This document shows positions 25,376-64,000 of a stretch of DNA of 64,000 bases, piece after piece. Both the position numbers and the translations under genes were made by a program. Position 1 is the first letter of the stretch. Each line of letters begins with the position of its first letter. The DNA is taken from assembly GCF_018977255.1 (NCBI RefSeq), contig NW_024704742.1, positions 107,820,001-107,884,000 on the forward strand. The letters are read 5' to 3'. The stretch comes from Callorhinchus milii. Taxonomy: Eukaryota. The notes beneath the pieces were generated by a model that saw only the letters and a program-made list of their open reading frames with translations, was not told the origin of the DNA and did no database searches.

Positions 25376-25956
25376 TGCATGAAATCTCTGAAGATTAGTT
25401 TTTTTCTGCTGAAATACCTGATAATATCTCTAATGGCTGCAAAGATGGTTGATGTGACTTGGTAATAACTCCTGTCACCGGGCAGTTTCAAGTACAGCAC
25501 GTTGTAAATGGGGTCTCATAATGTTCTCTTCTCTCATGAAACTTGTGTCATTGCATGTGGGGATTTTACAGCATCATTCACTGTAAAGTGAGCAAAGTCT
25601 GTAAGAGGCAGGGATGCCCAACAAATGCATCATCTGGAAGAACCATATTCTTTATTGTTTTATTCCTTTTCCCCAAATCTGTCTCCCCTCCCCAGGCTGA
25701 TTTTCTTCTCTCTAGCTTGGAAACATTAAACTAACACTAAGCAAGCCTTGGTGTCCGCTCGACATGAACATAAATGTAAATTTGTTGTCGTTTCTGCAGT
25801 AAATTTTATAAACAAAGCAGTGGGGAAAGCACATATTGTTTGCTTTATCAACGTGGATTGGTGCTGCTGCCTCCATGGCATTCTCTAGCTTTTCCTTCCT
25901 TACTGAGCAATAATGAAAATATTTTTCTAGGAAACCTTGATTTAATGGTACAGTTA

Positions 25957-27620
25957 AGAACATAAGAATTAGAATCAGGAGTAGGCCATTCGGCCCCTCG
26001 AGCCTGTCCCGCCATTTGATAAGATCATGGCTGATCTTCAGACCTAACTTAATTACCTGCCATATCCCCTAAACCCTCTATTTTTTAAAAAATCTATCAG
26101 TCTCAGCCTTGAAGATGTTCAAGGACTGAGCATCTACAGTCTTCTGGGGTAGTGAATTCCATAAATTCACTACCCTCTGAGTGAAGAAATGTTTCCTCAA
26201 CTCTGTTCTAAAAGGCTGACCCTTAATTTTAAGACTGTGACCCCTGGTTATAGATTCTCCTACCAGGGGAAACAGACCCTCAGTGTCTACTTTATCCAGC
26301 CCTTTAAGAATCTTATATGTTTCAATAAGATCCCCCCTAATTCTTCTGTACTCTAGAGAATACAGCCCTAGTTTATTCAGCCTATCCTCATAGGTCAGTC
26401 CCCTCATCCCAGGAACTAACCGAGTGAATCTACGCTGCACCCCCTCTCGGGCAAGTATGTCCTTTATAAATAAGGAGACCAAAACTGCACACAATACTCC
26501 AGGTGCAGTCTCACCAAGGCCCTATACAGTTGCAGCAAGACTTCCCTACTCTTGTACTCTAAACCTTTTGCAATGAACGCTAACATGCCCTTCGTCTTCT
26601 TAGTTGCTTGCTGCACCTGCAAACTAACTTTTTGAGACTGGTGTACAAGGACACCCAATTCCCTCTTAACACTATCTAATCTCTCCCCCTCTAGAAAATA
26701 ATCTGTTATTCTATTTTTTCTACCGAGGTGAATAACTTCACACTTCCCCACATTAAATTCCATCTGCCACCTACTCGCCCACTCCCCTAGCCTATCTATA
26801 TCTTGTTGCAATCTTGTTTCATCATCCTCAGAGCTTAATCTCCCACCTAGTTTAGTGTCATCCGCGAATTTAGATATGTTACATTCAATGTCCTCGTCTA
26901 GATCATTGATGTAAATTGTAAATAGCTGAGGCCCAAGCACTGATCCTTGTGGCACTCCACTAGTCACATTCTGCCAATTCGAGAATGACCCGTTTATCCC
27001 TACTCTCTGTTTTCTACCCGTTAGCCACTCTTCAATCCATGCTAATATGTTCCCATTAATCCCGTGGGCCTTAACCTTGTGTAATAGCCTTTTGTGTGGC
27101 ACTTTGTCAAATGCCTTTTTAAAATCTAAATATACTACATCTACTGGTTCCCCCCTATCTAACCTACTAGATACATCTTCAAAAAAACTCTAAAAGATTT
27201 GTTAAGCATGACTTCCCTTTTGTAAAGCCATGTTGACTCTGCCTAATCTTGTTATGGTCTTCCAGGAATCCCATAATGACATCTTTAATTAAGGACTCAA
27301 GAATTTTCTCTACCACTGATGTCAAACTAACTGGTCTATAGTTCCCCATCTTTTCTCTCCCACCCTTCTTAAATAGTGGTGTTACGTTTGCAATCTTCCA
27401 ATCAGTGGGAACCGTTCCGGAATCCAGAGAATTTTGGAAGATCAAAGACAAGCCATCCACTATCGCAGTAGCCACCTCTTTTAAAGCCCTAGGATGTAGG
27501 CCATCAGGTCCAGGATTTATCAGTTTTAAGACCTGACAATTTACCTAAAACCATTTCTTTACTAATATTAATTCCCCCAAGTCGCTCGCTAACATTGTCT
27601 TCTTGGTACCCCTCTATTTC
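25957..27620 (-). mobile_element. CR1 LINE, relatively young, 5'-truncated RT
   Basis: ORFs WKIANVTPLFKKG..NYRPVSLTS, GVPQGSVLGP..KFADDTKL and RGDLIETYKI..WNSLP with few frameshifts; aagaacataagaa tail. Confidence 0.95.
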
Positions 27621-29532
27621 ATGCAGACACGACAAGTAGTTTTGTAAATGCTAGAATCAGGTCTAACTAGACTTTCAGTATGTATAGTGAACTCCTGATA
27701 TTCAGATTCTGCCTTATATCATCACATGATACATGCTGTCAATGTCTCAGCCACTTCTCATGCAAAATCTGAATAAGCATCCGCTCCCCATTTATCTCGT
27801 CACTCGCTTATAATGTATAAAGTTATATTCTGCACATACCTATAAGTAAAAATATTGTATATATCATCTGAACAAATTTAAATGCATTGCTCAGCCAGCT
27901 GAACTGGGGCGAACTCTCGCGATGAGCGGTCTGGTACCACGGTAAAAGGTCGCCCTTGCCTTTGGGCATGTGCCATGTTTTGTCATGTTGAAAATACAAT
28001 GCAATATAATTTGTTATATCAAATTATTAAATTGTTTAATACAAATATGCAGTCAATTCACTTGACGGTATATTCTGTGAAGTGCTTTGAGATGTCTAGA
28101 AGACATGAAAAGTGGTATATCAGATGCAAGCATTATTATTGCATAAAGATGTTTAGTTTTCATCCAGCCTGGGAGTACAGTATCTTTGTTCTTTAATACA
28201 CTACAGTACATCTCCTGAGAAGTGCACAGTTTCCAATACAGTAACAGAAGTAAGCTCCAGGAAACAGAAAACAAGCACATTGATAGACACATATGCCTAT
28301 TCAGAAATTTTTAGTTATACTGTATTTAAAACAAGTTTCAACTAATCGTGGGGGCCCGGGCTGCACTGTCACGCTGACGGCTGCTTGCTCTGAGCAAGTG
28401 CATTGTGTGTTGCTGTAGGTCCTCACAGCCACAGCACCTCATAGTGGCCCCGGAAAACTTGTGCCGACATAGTCACCGTGGATATAAATTCACTGAGCTC
28501 TCTTCCCTCAGAGTGACGGTATATCAGGCATTTATTAAACGTGTTAAGAAGGTAGCCGCTGTGTAACAATTCAGTTAAATATCTGTTCCATTTAAATTAA
28601 AGAGGTCAAATAAGATGATTACCATCCTTTGGAAAATGCAGCAGTTGCCACTTTTAACAGTTCTAAGGGGAATTGTAATAGCGATTTTGCTTGTCTCACT
28701 TTCACTGGGGTACACTTTCTGGAAATTAGACGTTTTGTACACTGCTGTGAACACTCTTTGTAAACATTAATTGTAACCACTAATGATCAAGACCCAGGCT
28801 TCAGTATGTTAAGTAACATAATGTAACTAATAGTTTAGTAACTATTACTAAATGTAACACTAACTAGTATTATATTATTACTCCTACTATAAAATCAGCA
28901 TCTGGCAAATGAATTCTGATTTCCGCCAGATAACAAAGATGCTTAGGATTCTAATTGTGTACAATCCAACTTAAATCAAGAGCTATGGGGGATGTTCTTT
29001 TTCCGCCTGAGTGCAAAAGGTTTGATGGTGGATTTTAATACAATAAAGTGTGTAGAATATTAATCGGGCAGTCTTAGTTGTACCAGCCTGTGTAGGTTTG
29101 CAGAATCTGTTGATGAATTATAACTCATTTACACTACAAAGATATATGGCAGAATAGGGGGTAGGGGTAGAAAAACATTTATAATTTCTACATTTTTAGT
29201 ACAATCACATCGCATTTCACATTCAAATTTGATTAAGGGTAGGTATAAATATAGTAACTATTATTTACGGTATATTGCACAAAAACAAGTTTAAATACTC
29301 GAGGAATGCAGATATATTTGCTATCTTTTCATCTTTTCAGTTTCTCATGTTTGAAAAAATGAAATTGTCACTGGTACTCAAAGCACATCCTTAGGAAGGA
29401 ACTGATGACCTCAAGCTTATAGTTTATGATAATTTGTCAATTAAGGTTATGCCTAGTTTTTGCTTTTGTTTAAAAAATAAACTTCTTGATAGCCACTTTT
29501 GTGCAGAAAAAGGATTTCTCAATCGTTATATG

Positions 29533-29781
29533 CCCGGCAGGGTGAAACCTGGGGCAAGTTTCCTTACTCCACACGCCTGATAGGAATCCCCTCAAGAAAA
29601 ATAATAATAATAATTTGGTTACTCAACCCACGACTGTTTGTGGGACACTGCTGTGCGCAATTGGCTGCTGCGTTTCGCCCACAAAATATACAGTCAATTC
29701 ATTTTACAGCATATTCTGTGAAGCGCTTTGAGATGTGTAGAAGACGTGAAAAGCGCTACATCAAATGCAAGGATTATTATA
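29533..29781 (+). mobile_element. tRNA-derived SINE, 5'-truncated, internal-deletion variant
   Basis: GGCAAGTTTCCTTACTCCACACGCCT joined directly to aatcccctc, as in 51319-51631. Confidence 0.85.
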
Positions 29782-30189
29782 AGGTATAATTTTATGTAAA
29801 CCTAGCTGTACCTGTTGCAGCTTCGCTTGCAACCAAAGGATCCAATATGGAATGTAGATTGACACGCAGACAGACATTTCATCTTTATCTATATTCATCT
29901 GGTGGGACTACTTTTGGGAGGACTCAGCACTTTAAAAATGTAATTTTGTTGTTGTTGCCGGGGCTTAGCTTCATCTGTGTTCTTTATTTTGTTCCCGCCG
30001 CCGCTTGGCTATATGCGTGCTCTGTGACACAGGATGCCACAGCGCCATTTTGACTCACACAGGGAGCAGCGGCAGGACAGCGCGGGGAGGAGCCTGGACC
30101 TACCTTTTCAGGTAGTTTTAAGCTTGAGGCGGCAGGGAGTTCAGCCACACGGGGAGCGGCGGCAGGACAGCGGGGGGAGGAGCCTTGAA

Positions 30190-31083
30190 TCCAAAATCAA
30201 GGGAATCCGCTCCGCGGTCACTCCCCCTCCAACTTCCATCCACCTCCCACCCCTTCCCTCCCACACTCCGACTCCTACCCATCCTCCCCTACACACTTTC
30301 GTACCCGTTTCCCCACCCTCTGTCACCAAACTCATCCTGTCCCTGAAACCCACCACCTGCTCCCTTGACCCCATCCCCACTCCTTATCTCCCAGCTCCAC
30401 CTCCTTGCCCCACTTCTCACAGAATCATCAACCTGTCCCTCTCCTCTGGCTCTGTTCCCATTCCCCTAAAAACTGCCATCATCACTCCCACTTAGAAAAA
30501 ACCTTCCCTTGATGCGTTGCAGCTATCAAGCTACCGGCCCATCTCCAACCTCCCCTTCCTGTCCAAGGTCCTTGAAAGAGTTGTCGCCTCCCAGCTGCAC
30601 TCTTTCCTCTCCACCCATTCATTATTCAAACCCTTTCAGTCGGGTTTCCGTGCTGCCCATAGCACAGAAACCGCCCTGGTCAAGGTCACCAATGACATCC
30701 TGACCATCTGCGACCAGGGCTCCCTCTGCCTCCTTGTCCTCCTCGACCTATCAGCCGCATTCGATACGGTCGACCACGCTATCATCCTCCACCGCTTGTC
30801 CTCCCACCTCAACCTTCAAGACCCTGTCCTTGAGTGGTTTAGGTCGTACCTCTCCCACCGTCTTCATTTTGTTTCCACAAATGGTTTTTCCTCCAGCCCC
30901 CGCACTGTCTCGTGCGGTGTCCCTCAGGGCTCTGTCCTCGATCCCCTCCTCTTCACCCTCTATATGCTCCCCGTGGTGACATCATCCACAGACATGGGGT
31001 TAACTTCCACATGTATGCGGATGACACCCAACTCTACCTTTCCTCCTCTACCCTCCACGACCACCGATGTCCTGACAGCCTGT
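30190..31083 (+). mobile_element. L2 LINE RT region
   Basis: KPTTCSLDPIPT, YRPISNLPFLSKVLE, QSGFRAAHSTETAL, DLSAAFDTVDH, GVPQGSVL, YADDTQLY. Confidence 0.94.
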
Positions 31084-31280
31084 ATGGATATGAAAGAATG
31101 AATAAACAGTGAGCGTAAAGAATATGGGATTCAAACGCTGTGAAAAAGCCAGAGTAAATGTTGTCGGATTTAGATTAATGGGTTGTAAATTAAAACATAG
31201 GTTTAACCTGTAAGACCATTTTGTCTTAAAATGTTTAGATTGTGGACAGTTCTTCAATTCAGAATTCCTTTGGTTTCTCG

Positions 31281-32063
31281 GCAAATGGTTTCTCCTCACG
31301 TTCTGCGGAGTATCCCAGGGCTCCATCCTTGGCCCTCTTCTTTTCCTTATCTATATGGTACCTCTGGGTGATATCATTCGCAGACACAGGGTAAACTTCC
31401 ACATGTATCCTGATGACTAACAAATTAACTTTGTCTCCTCCAGTACCAACTCCAGGTCCGCTGATATTCTATCAGCTTGTCTGGCAGACATCAGGACCTG
31501 GATAAGTGCAAACTTCCTGCTGCTGAATGTGGACAAGACAGAAGCCATACTCCTTGGCTTCTGTCAGCGTCTTCACTCCTGTGGATCTGAACTCCTCAAC
31601 CTCCCTGGGCTCTCCCTCACACTCACCGAACCAGTGCGCAATCTAGGCGTCTGGTTCGACTGCCAGCTGTCCTTTCTCCCCCACATACAATCCCTGACCA
31701 GGACTGCCTTCTTGCACCTCTGCCACATTGCCCATCTCCGATCATACCTTACCCCAAATGGAGCCCAAACCCTCCTGCATGCGTTTGTCACCTTCCACCT
31801 GGATTACTCAAATTCACTCCTCACCGGTCTATCCAGTTGCACTATTCAAAAGATCCAGGTCTTACACAGACCAAACTTCCCTCCCTCGCCACCCTTAAGA
31901 CCCATCTCAAGACCCTCCTCTTCAACCGTGCTTTCGATTTCCCTCCTTCTTCCCCCACCCCTCCGCCACCCCAACCCTCAGTTCAGGACCGTAATGCTGT
32001 CTGTCCAGCGCCTTGGGATTCCTCCCGATGTGAAAGGAGCTATACAAATGTAATTTTGTTGTT
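31281..32063 (+). mobile_element. Second L2 fragment with 3' tail
   Basis: KTEAILLG..VRNLGVWFD..HAFVTFHLDYSNS; tail AAATGTAATTTTGTTG. Confidence 0.9.
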
Positions 32064-32220
32064 TTGTTTTACCAACTGTGGAAAAAACAGCTTAATAGTG
32101 AATTCAGGCTGAATTTATGAATTTTCCATGATTCTCAGCAATTGCGAAATTTCATACAGTTACGGAAGACAGGGCTTGATGCTAGGCTTTGGTGCAGTGT
32201 GATGATGCACCTGGACTGTA

Positions 32221-32361
32221 AAATAAAAACAGAAGTCGCTGGGAACACTCAGCAGGTCAACAGGGTCCATGGCTCTATTGATACTGCCTGACTGGCTGAG
32301 GGGTCCCAGCGATTTCTGTTTTTATTTCAGATTTCCAGAACCTGCAGTATTTTTCCTTCTG
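32221..32361. mobile_element. Short palindromic element resembling Penelope-like inverted termini seen in cartilaginous fish
   Basis: 39-bp arms at 32221-32259 and 32289-32327 followed by CAGATTTCCAG.A.CTGCAGTATTT; the same end motif occurs at ~2085-2112. Family assignment is from recall. Confidence 0.55.
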
Positions 32362-32379
32362 TAAAATGTCAGCCTGGCC

Positions 32380-32779
32380 CTGACTCAGAAGATTGCTGGT
32401 TCAAGCCACACAGTGAGACTTTGAACTCACAGTTTAGGCTGACACTTCAGTGAAATGCTGGGGGAGCACCCAATGTCAGAGATGCCATTATTGAGTTAAA
32501 CCAAGAACGTTAAAAACTGAGGTCCTATCTTCCTCTTCAGGGATGAACATTAAAGATCTCACAGCATTATTTGAAAAAGAAGTCAATTTCTTCTGGGGTC
32601 CTGGCTAAAATTCCTCCACATAATGTGTGTCGTACAAGGTTTTTGAGTCATTACTGTGTGGAAATTGGCTGCTATATTCTCGTATACATAGTCACTACTC
32701 TTTACAACAAATTTTATGCAGTGCTTTGAGACATTCTGATGATATGATAAGGAGCTATATCAAATGCAGGGATTATTAT
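32380..32779 (+). mobile_element. Deu-domain SINE with tRNA-like head remnant
   Basis: GGTTCAAGCC B box, GGCTGACACTTCAGTG, TAAAGATCTCACAGCATTATTTGAA, CAAATGCAGGGATTATTA tail. Confidence 0.8.
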
Positions 32780-32884
32780 AAAGTATTTGGAGGATGCAGA
32801 TAAGCAGATGTTGTCCTTTCAGATTTGACGAAGTCCATCACCTCTTTGCATTTGAGGATTGAGGGTGCTTGTGGTGGGTTCACA

Positions 32885-60955
<28,071 letters not shown>

Positions 60956-62799
60956 TAGTGTGCATCTCAACAAGTAACAGTGACCTATCTCCTAATGAGG
61001 AAGTGGTGGGGTTTGGGGTGTGAATGCATGTGCTTCAGTCCACTTGTTTAGTTCAGATATTTCATCCATGCTTAGCTGGGTTGTTTGAAGGTGGGTGGGG
61101 GAGTGTTGATGGATGGACAGTATCCAGGCACAGTTTTCGTTTGGCCAGGGACACACTGGTTTTGACAAAACCATGACTGAAATCACTCTGTTACTTTATG
61201 ATGTTGACAATTATGTGACATCTCCTCACTGACTCACTACCATACACGAGTTGGAAACTTCCCTGTCGTCCATGCAAGCATCGGGTGGGGATTCTAAAGT
61301 CCAGCAAGAAAACGGAAGTAAGCTGGTGTAAGGTTGGCACGTGTGAGAATAAATAGTGACAATTGGCAAGTCAGGGTTAAAACAAAAAGTAGCACACTTT
61401 CATCTCCTCTTTTCTCTTCTCCTCCCCCCAATAATGGTATATGGAGGTTGAATTCTAGGCAAAGAATGAGCCCGGCTTCCAAACTAAGACTGGATTTAAG
61501 GATTTTTATCAAATTCTGTACCATCTTGCATTTTAGGACCATAGTATTAAAGGCTAAGATCATGAAGGATTTTGGACTGTGTGACGTTCACTGGTTTGAT
61601 CCCTAGCGTGTGCTTGTTTAGCCAATTTAAATTGGGGTCAAGCAGGTTCAGCTTCTGCAGACTTGCCAGTAATGCATCAGGTATAAATACAGTAGAACAC
61701 CCTTAAAAGATGCTTCATTATAAGCGATTCACTTACATGGTTGGGGTGTGAAGGCCAACATTTAGTTGCCCAGAAACTCGAAAATTCGTAGATTAGCTTC
61801 ATTAGTGCTTGAAAAAAATCAACCACAACACGCAGGAAATAATGTTGGCAGGGACCCAATGACCCAGAAGTCAGCCATTGTAGTTTCTCGCATGGCTTTT
61901 TCAAGTGCCAATTGAATCCGTGTATGTTCGCACCCCCTTATAGCACTAGTTAGAATTTTGTTCACCACCCCACACACACACAAACTAACATTTTAACTAG
62001 ACTCCATTGTACAAGGGAGGCCCAACGTTCAACAATCAAGTTAGGAAAAACAGTGTGCATAAATTGATGTTTGCCACTATTTTTCCTAAACCATTCAAAT
62101 CTGAATGTCCAGTTTAACTGGCCACCTTGCAGTCATCAAATATCGGGAATCTCCTTTTAACCTTAACAACTTTACCCATTTACAGAATATCACATTTGGA
62201 AGTTTGCTGCTAGATATTTTACACTAGATTTGACCACTTCAATTCTAGCTTTCTTTTTAATGGAATAACTAAGTCCCAGGCAACATTACTACAATAGTTT
62301 TTTTTAAAAAAAGAATATATAACAGAATAGTTTAAATGTTCTGTCTTATTAAATTTAAAAAGTACTTCTATGAAGACATCAGTGAAGTGGTTGGAGGTCT
62401 TTTTTCTGAATAGTTACTGTTAGCAGTTATTGTGAGATTGGTCTGTTTTAGTGAAACTATTGTTTCTGGCCTTTTAGAGATTCTTATCTGTGAGCTAGCT
62501 GATGCTGCACTGTCTGCACAAAAGGAAAACTTACTGCCATAAGGTGTAGGAAAAATGCCACAGCAGAGAATTTAGCTACGCCAAAGGTTTGGTTAAATAG
62601 TCTAAAAGTTTCAATAGTTTGTGTAGAATTGTTTAAATACAGTAGTCTCTCTCTATAATGCTGTACTTGGGTGCCATGTAAAACATTTTTACAAAGCTCT
62701 TGTTCATGTGGATTATGTGATTACGATAAATGTGTGTGCGATGAGGAGTTTAATCCACACAAAATTGAACTACGTTGCAAAATCAGTTGAATTCAGATC

Positions 62800-63150
62800 C
62801 TCAGAAGCTGTGCTCAAGCTGTACAATGTTCTGATCAGGCTGCACTTCGATAAGTGAGTACAAGTACAGTTCTGGTCATGGCAACATTAGGAGGCCACCC
62901 AGAGAGTGCAGAGAAGCACAATAGAGTTAATGCTCATATAAGGTGCTGAATGGAATAGAGTAGGTAAAGCCAGAACAGTACTTGCATGTTCAGCAGACCA
63001 CAAATGGATTCAGGGTTGTGCGGGGCAATTTTAGTAAAACACCAGGAAGTATTTCTTTACACAGAAGATAATTAATAGCTGCAATAGATTACCAGGAAAG
63101 GTGGTAGAAGCCACAAAACCTGGGTGGCATTCTGAAAGAATCAGATTAAA
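62800..63150 (+). mobile_element. Old CR1 fragment
   Basis: ctgtacaatgttctgatcaggctgcac..cagttctggtc..agagagtgcagagaag; tttctttacacagaagataattaatagctgcaatag. Confidence 0.55.
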
Positions 63151-63659
63151 TGGACCAAAAGCCATAAGAAGGTTACTCTCCGTTAAACCATCAGCAATTT
63201 TGGGAGTTGAGAGAAGAGGAAGGAATCCATTACCTGTAGATAGCATCTTAGTGCCAGCTATTGCTGGTTGAATCAACAGTAGCCTTGCTGTTGCACAACT
63301 TCCTAATGTTGCTAATATGGTCTTAAAAAAACATGTTTGTGCAAAACAGATTACAGTAGAACCTTGATATAATGCACTTCGTTAGAAAGTGGGTTTACCT
63401 ATAGTTGGTTTGTGGAACCCAACATTTATTTACCAAAAAAATTCCAAAGAGTGCATAGAAAGGAAGAACATCCCCATGTATAAGAGTATCCACACCAAAC
63501 TGAGTTTCACTTAAATATGGAAATTCAGGAGATGTTTCAGGGGACAGCCTTTCCCCCCTCAGGGGCCAACCTCTCCTCCCTGATCCACATCGCTACCCTC
63601 CCTATTAGTCCCCCGCCTCACCCCCCACTTTCTGCTACCAACTGTCCTCTCCGCATCGG

Positions 63660-64000
63660 TCTACAAAACGATAGACCAATGCAGAAGTTTAAAAACCGCT
63701 GTCATCATTCCTGTCCTTAAAAAACTCTCCCTGGACCCTTCTCTACTCTCTAACTACTGCCCCATCTCCATCTTCCTCTTTCTCTCCAAGGTCCTGGAAC
63801 GAGTTGTTGCTTCTCAGCTTCGCTACTTCCTCTCCCACTATTCCCTTCTCGAACCCCTCCAATTGGACTTCCGTGCCGCCCACAGCACAGAAACCACCCT
63901 GGTCAAAGTGACAAATGACATTCTGTCCATCTGCGACCAGGGCTCCCTCTGCCTCCTCATCCTCCTTGACCTCTCTGCTGCTTTTGACACCATCGACCAC
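63660..64000 (+). mobile_element. L2 RT fragment, cut by the window end
   Basis: FLSKVLERVVASQL..FRAAHSTETTLVKVTNDI..DLSAAFDTIDH. Confidence 0.9.

Noticed and set aside
26078..27475. Functional reverse transcriptase gene
   Set aside because: Frameshifted, 5'-truncated CR1 ORF2 with no endonuclease domain or ORF1.
29341..29445. Possible non-coding CHD1 exon (ttttcag...aag|gttatg); similar lone splice-like sites near 5169 and 17906
   Set aside because: Splice-like motifs are frequent by chance in AT-rich DNA; no independent support from sequence alone.

Overview
Vertebrate (eukaryotic) genomic DNA, AT-rich and dense in retroelements. The repeat types (Deu-domain SINEs, a very abundant tRNA-headed SINE with an ATCAAATGCAAGGATTATTA tail, CR1 and L2 LINEs) suggest a cartilaginous fish, possibly a holocephalan; this is an inference, not a database result. 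The only protein-coding gene is a + strand CHD1-type chromatin remodeller. Seventeen GT-AG coding exons from 32885 to 60756 join in frame (2547 nt, 849 aa) and encode the Ser-rich N-terminus, a short poly-Q, the double chromodomain and the SNF2 ATPase (GLGKT Walker A, DEAH Walker B) into the start of lobe 2. The gene runs past the window end, and its non-coding first exon/promoter was not found. Almost all other ORFs in the track are decayed CR1/L2 reverse-transcriptase fragments or noise. The most notable unexplained structures are: (1) inverted copies of nearby DNA at the 5' junctions of two short retro-insertions, with the same geometry in both; (2) a near-perfect ~190-bp-arm foldback duplication; (3) a three-unit L2 3'-end concatemer built from different variants; (4) an unclassified dispersed repeat of at least 600 bp with ~8 fragments; (5) a TIR element with an internal 20-bp minisatellite; (6) a GC-rich, YY1-motif segment fused to an L2 ~2.7 kb upstream of the CHD1 start exon. 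Exon boundaries were read to the base; repeat boundaries are approximate.
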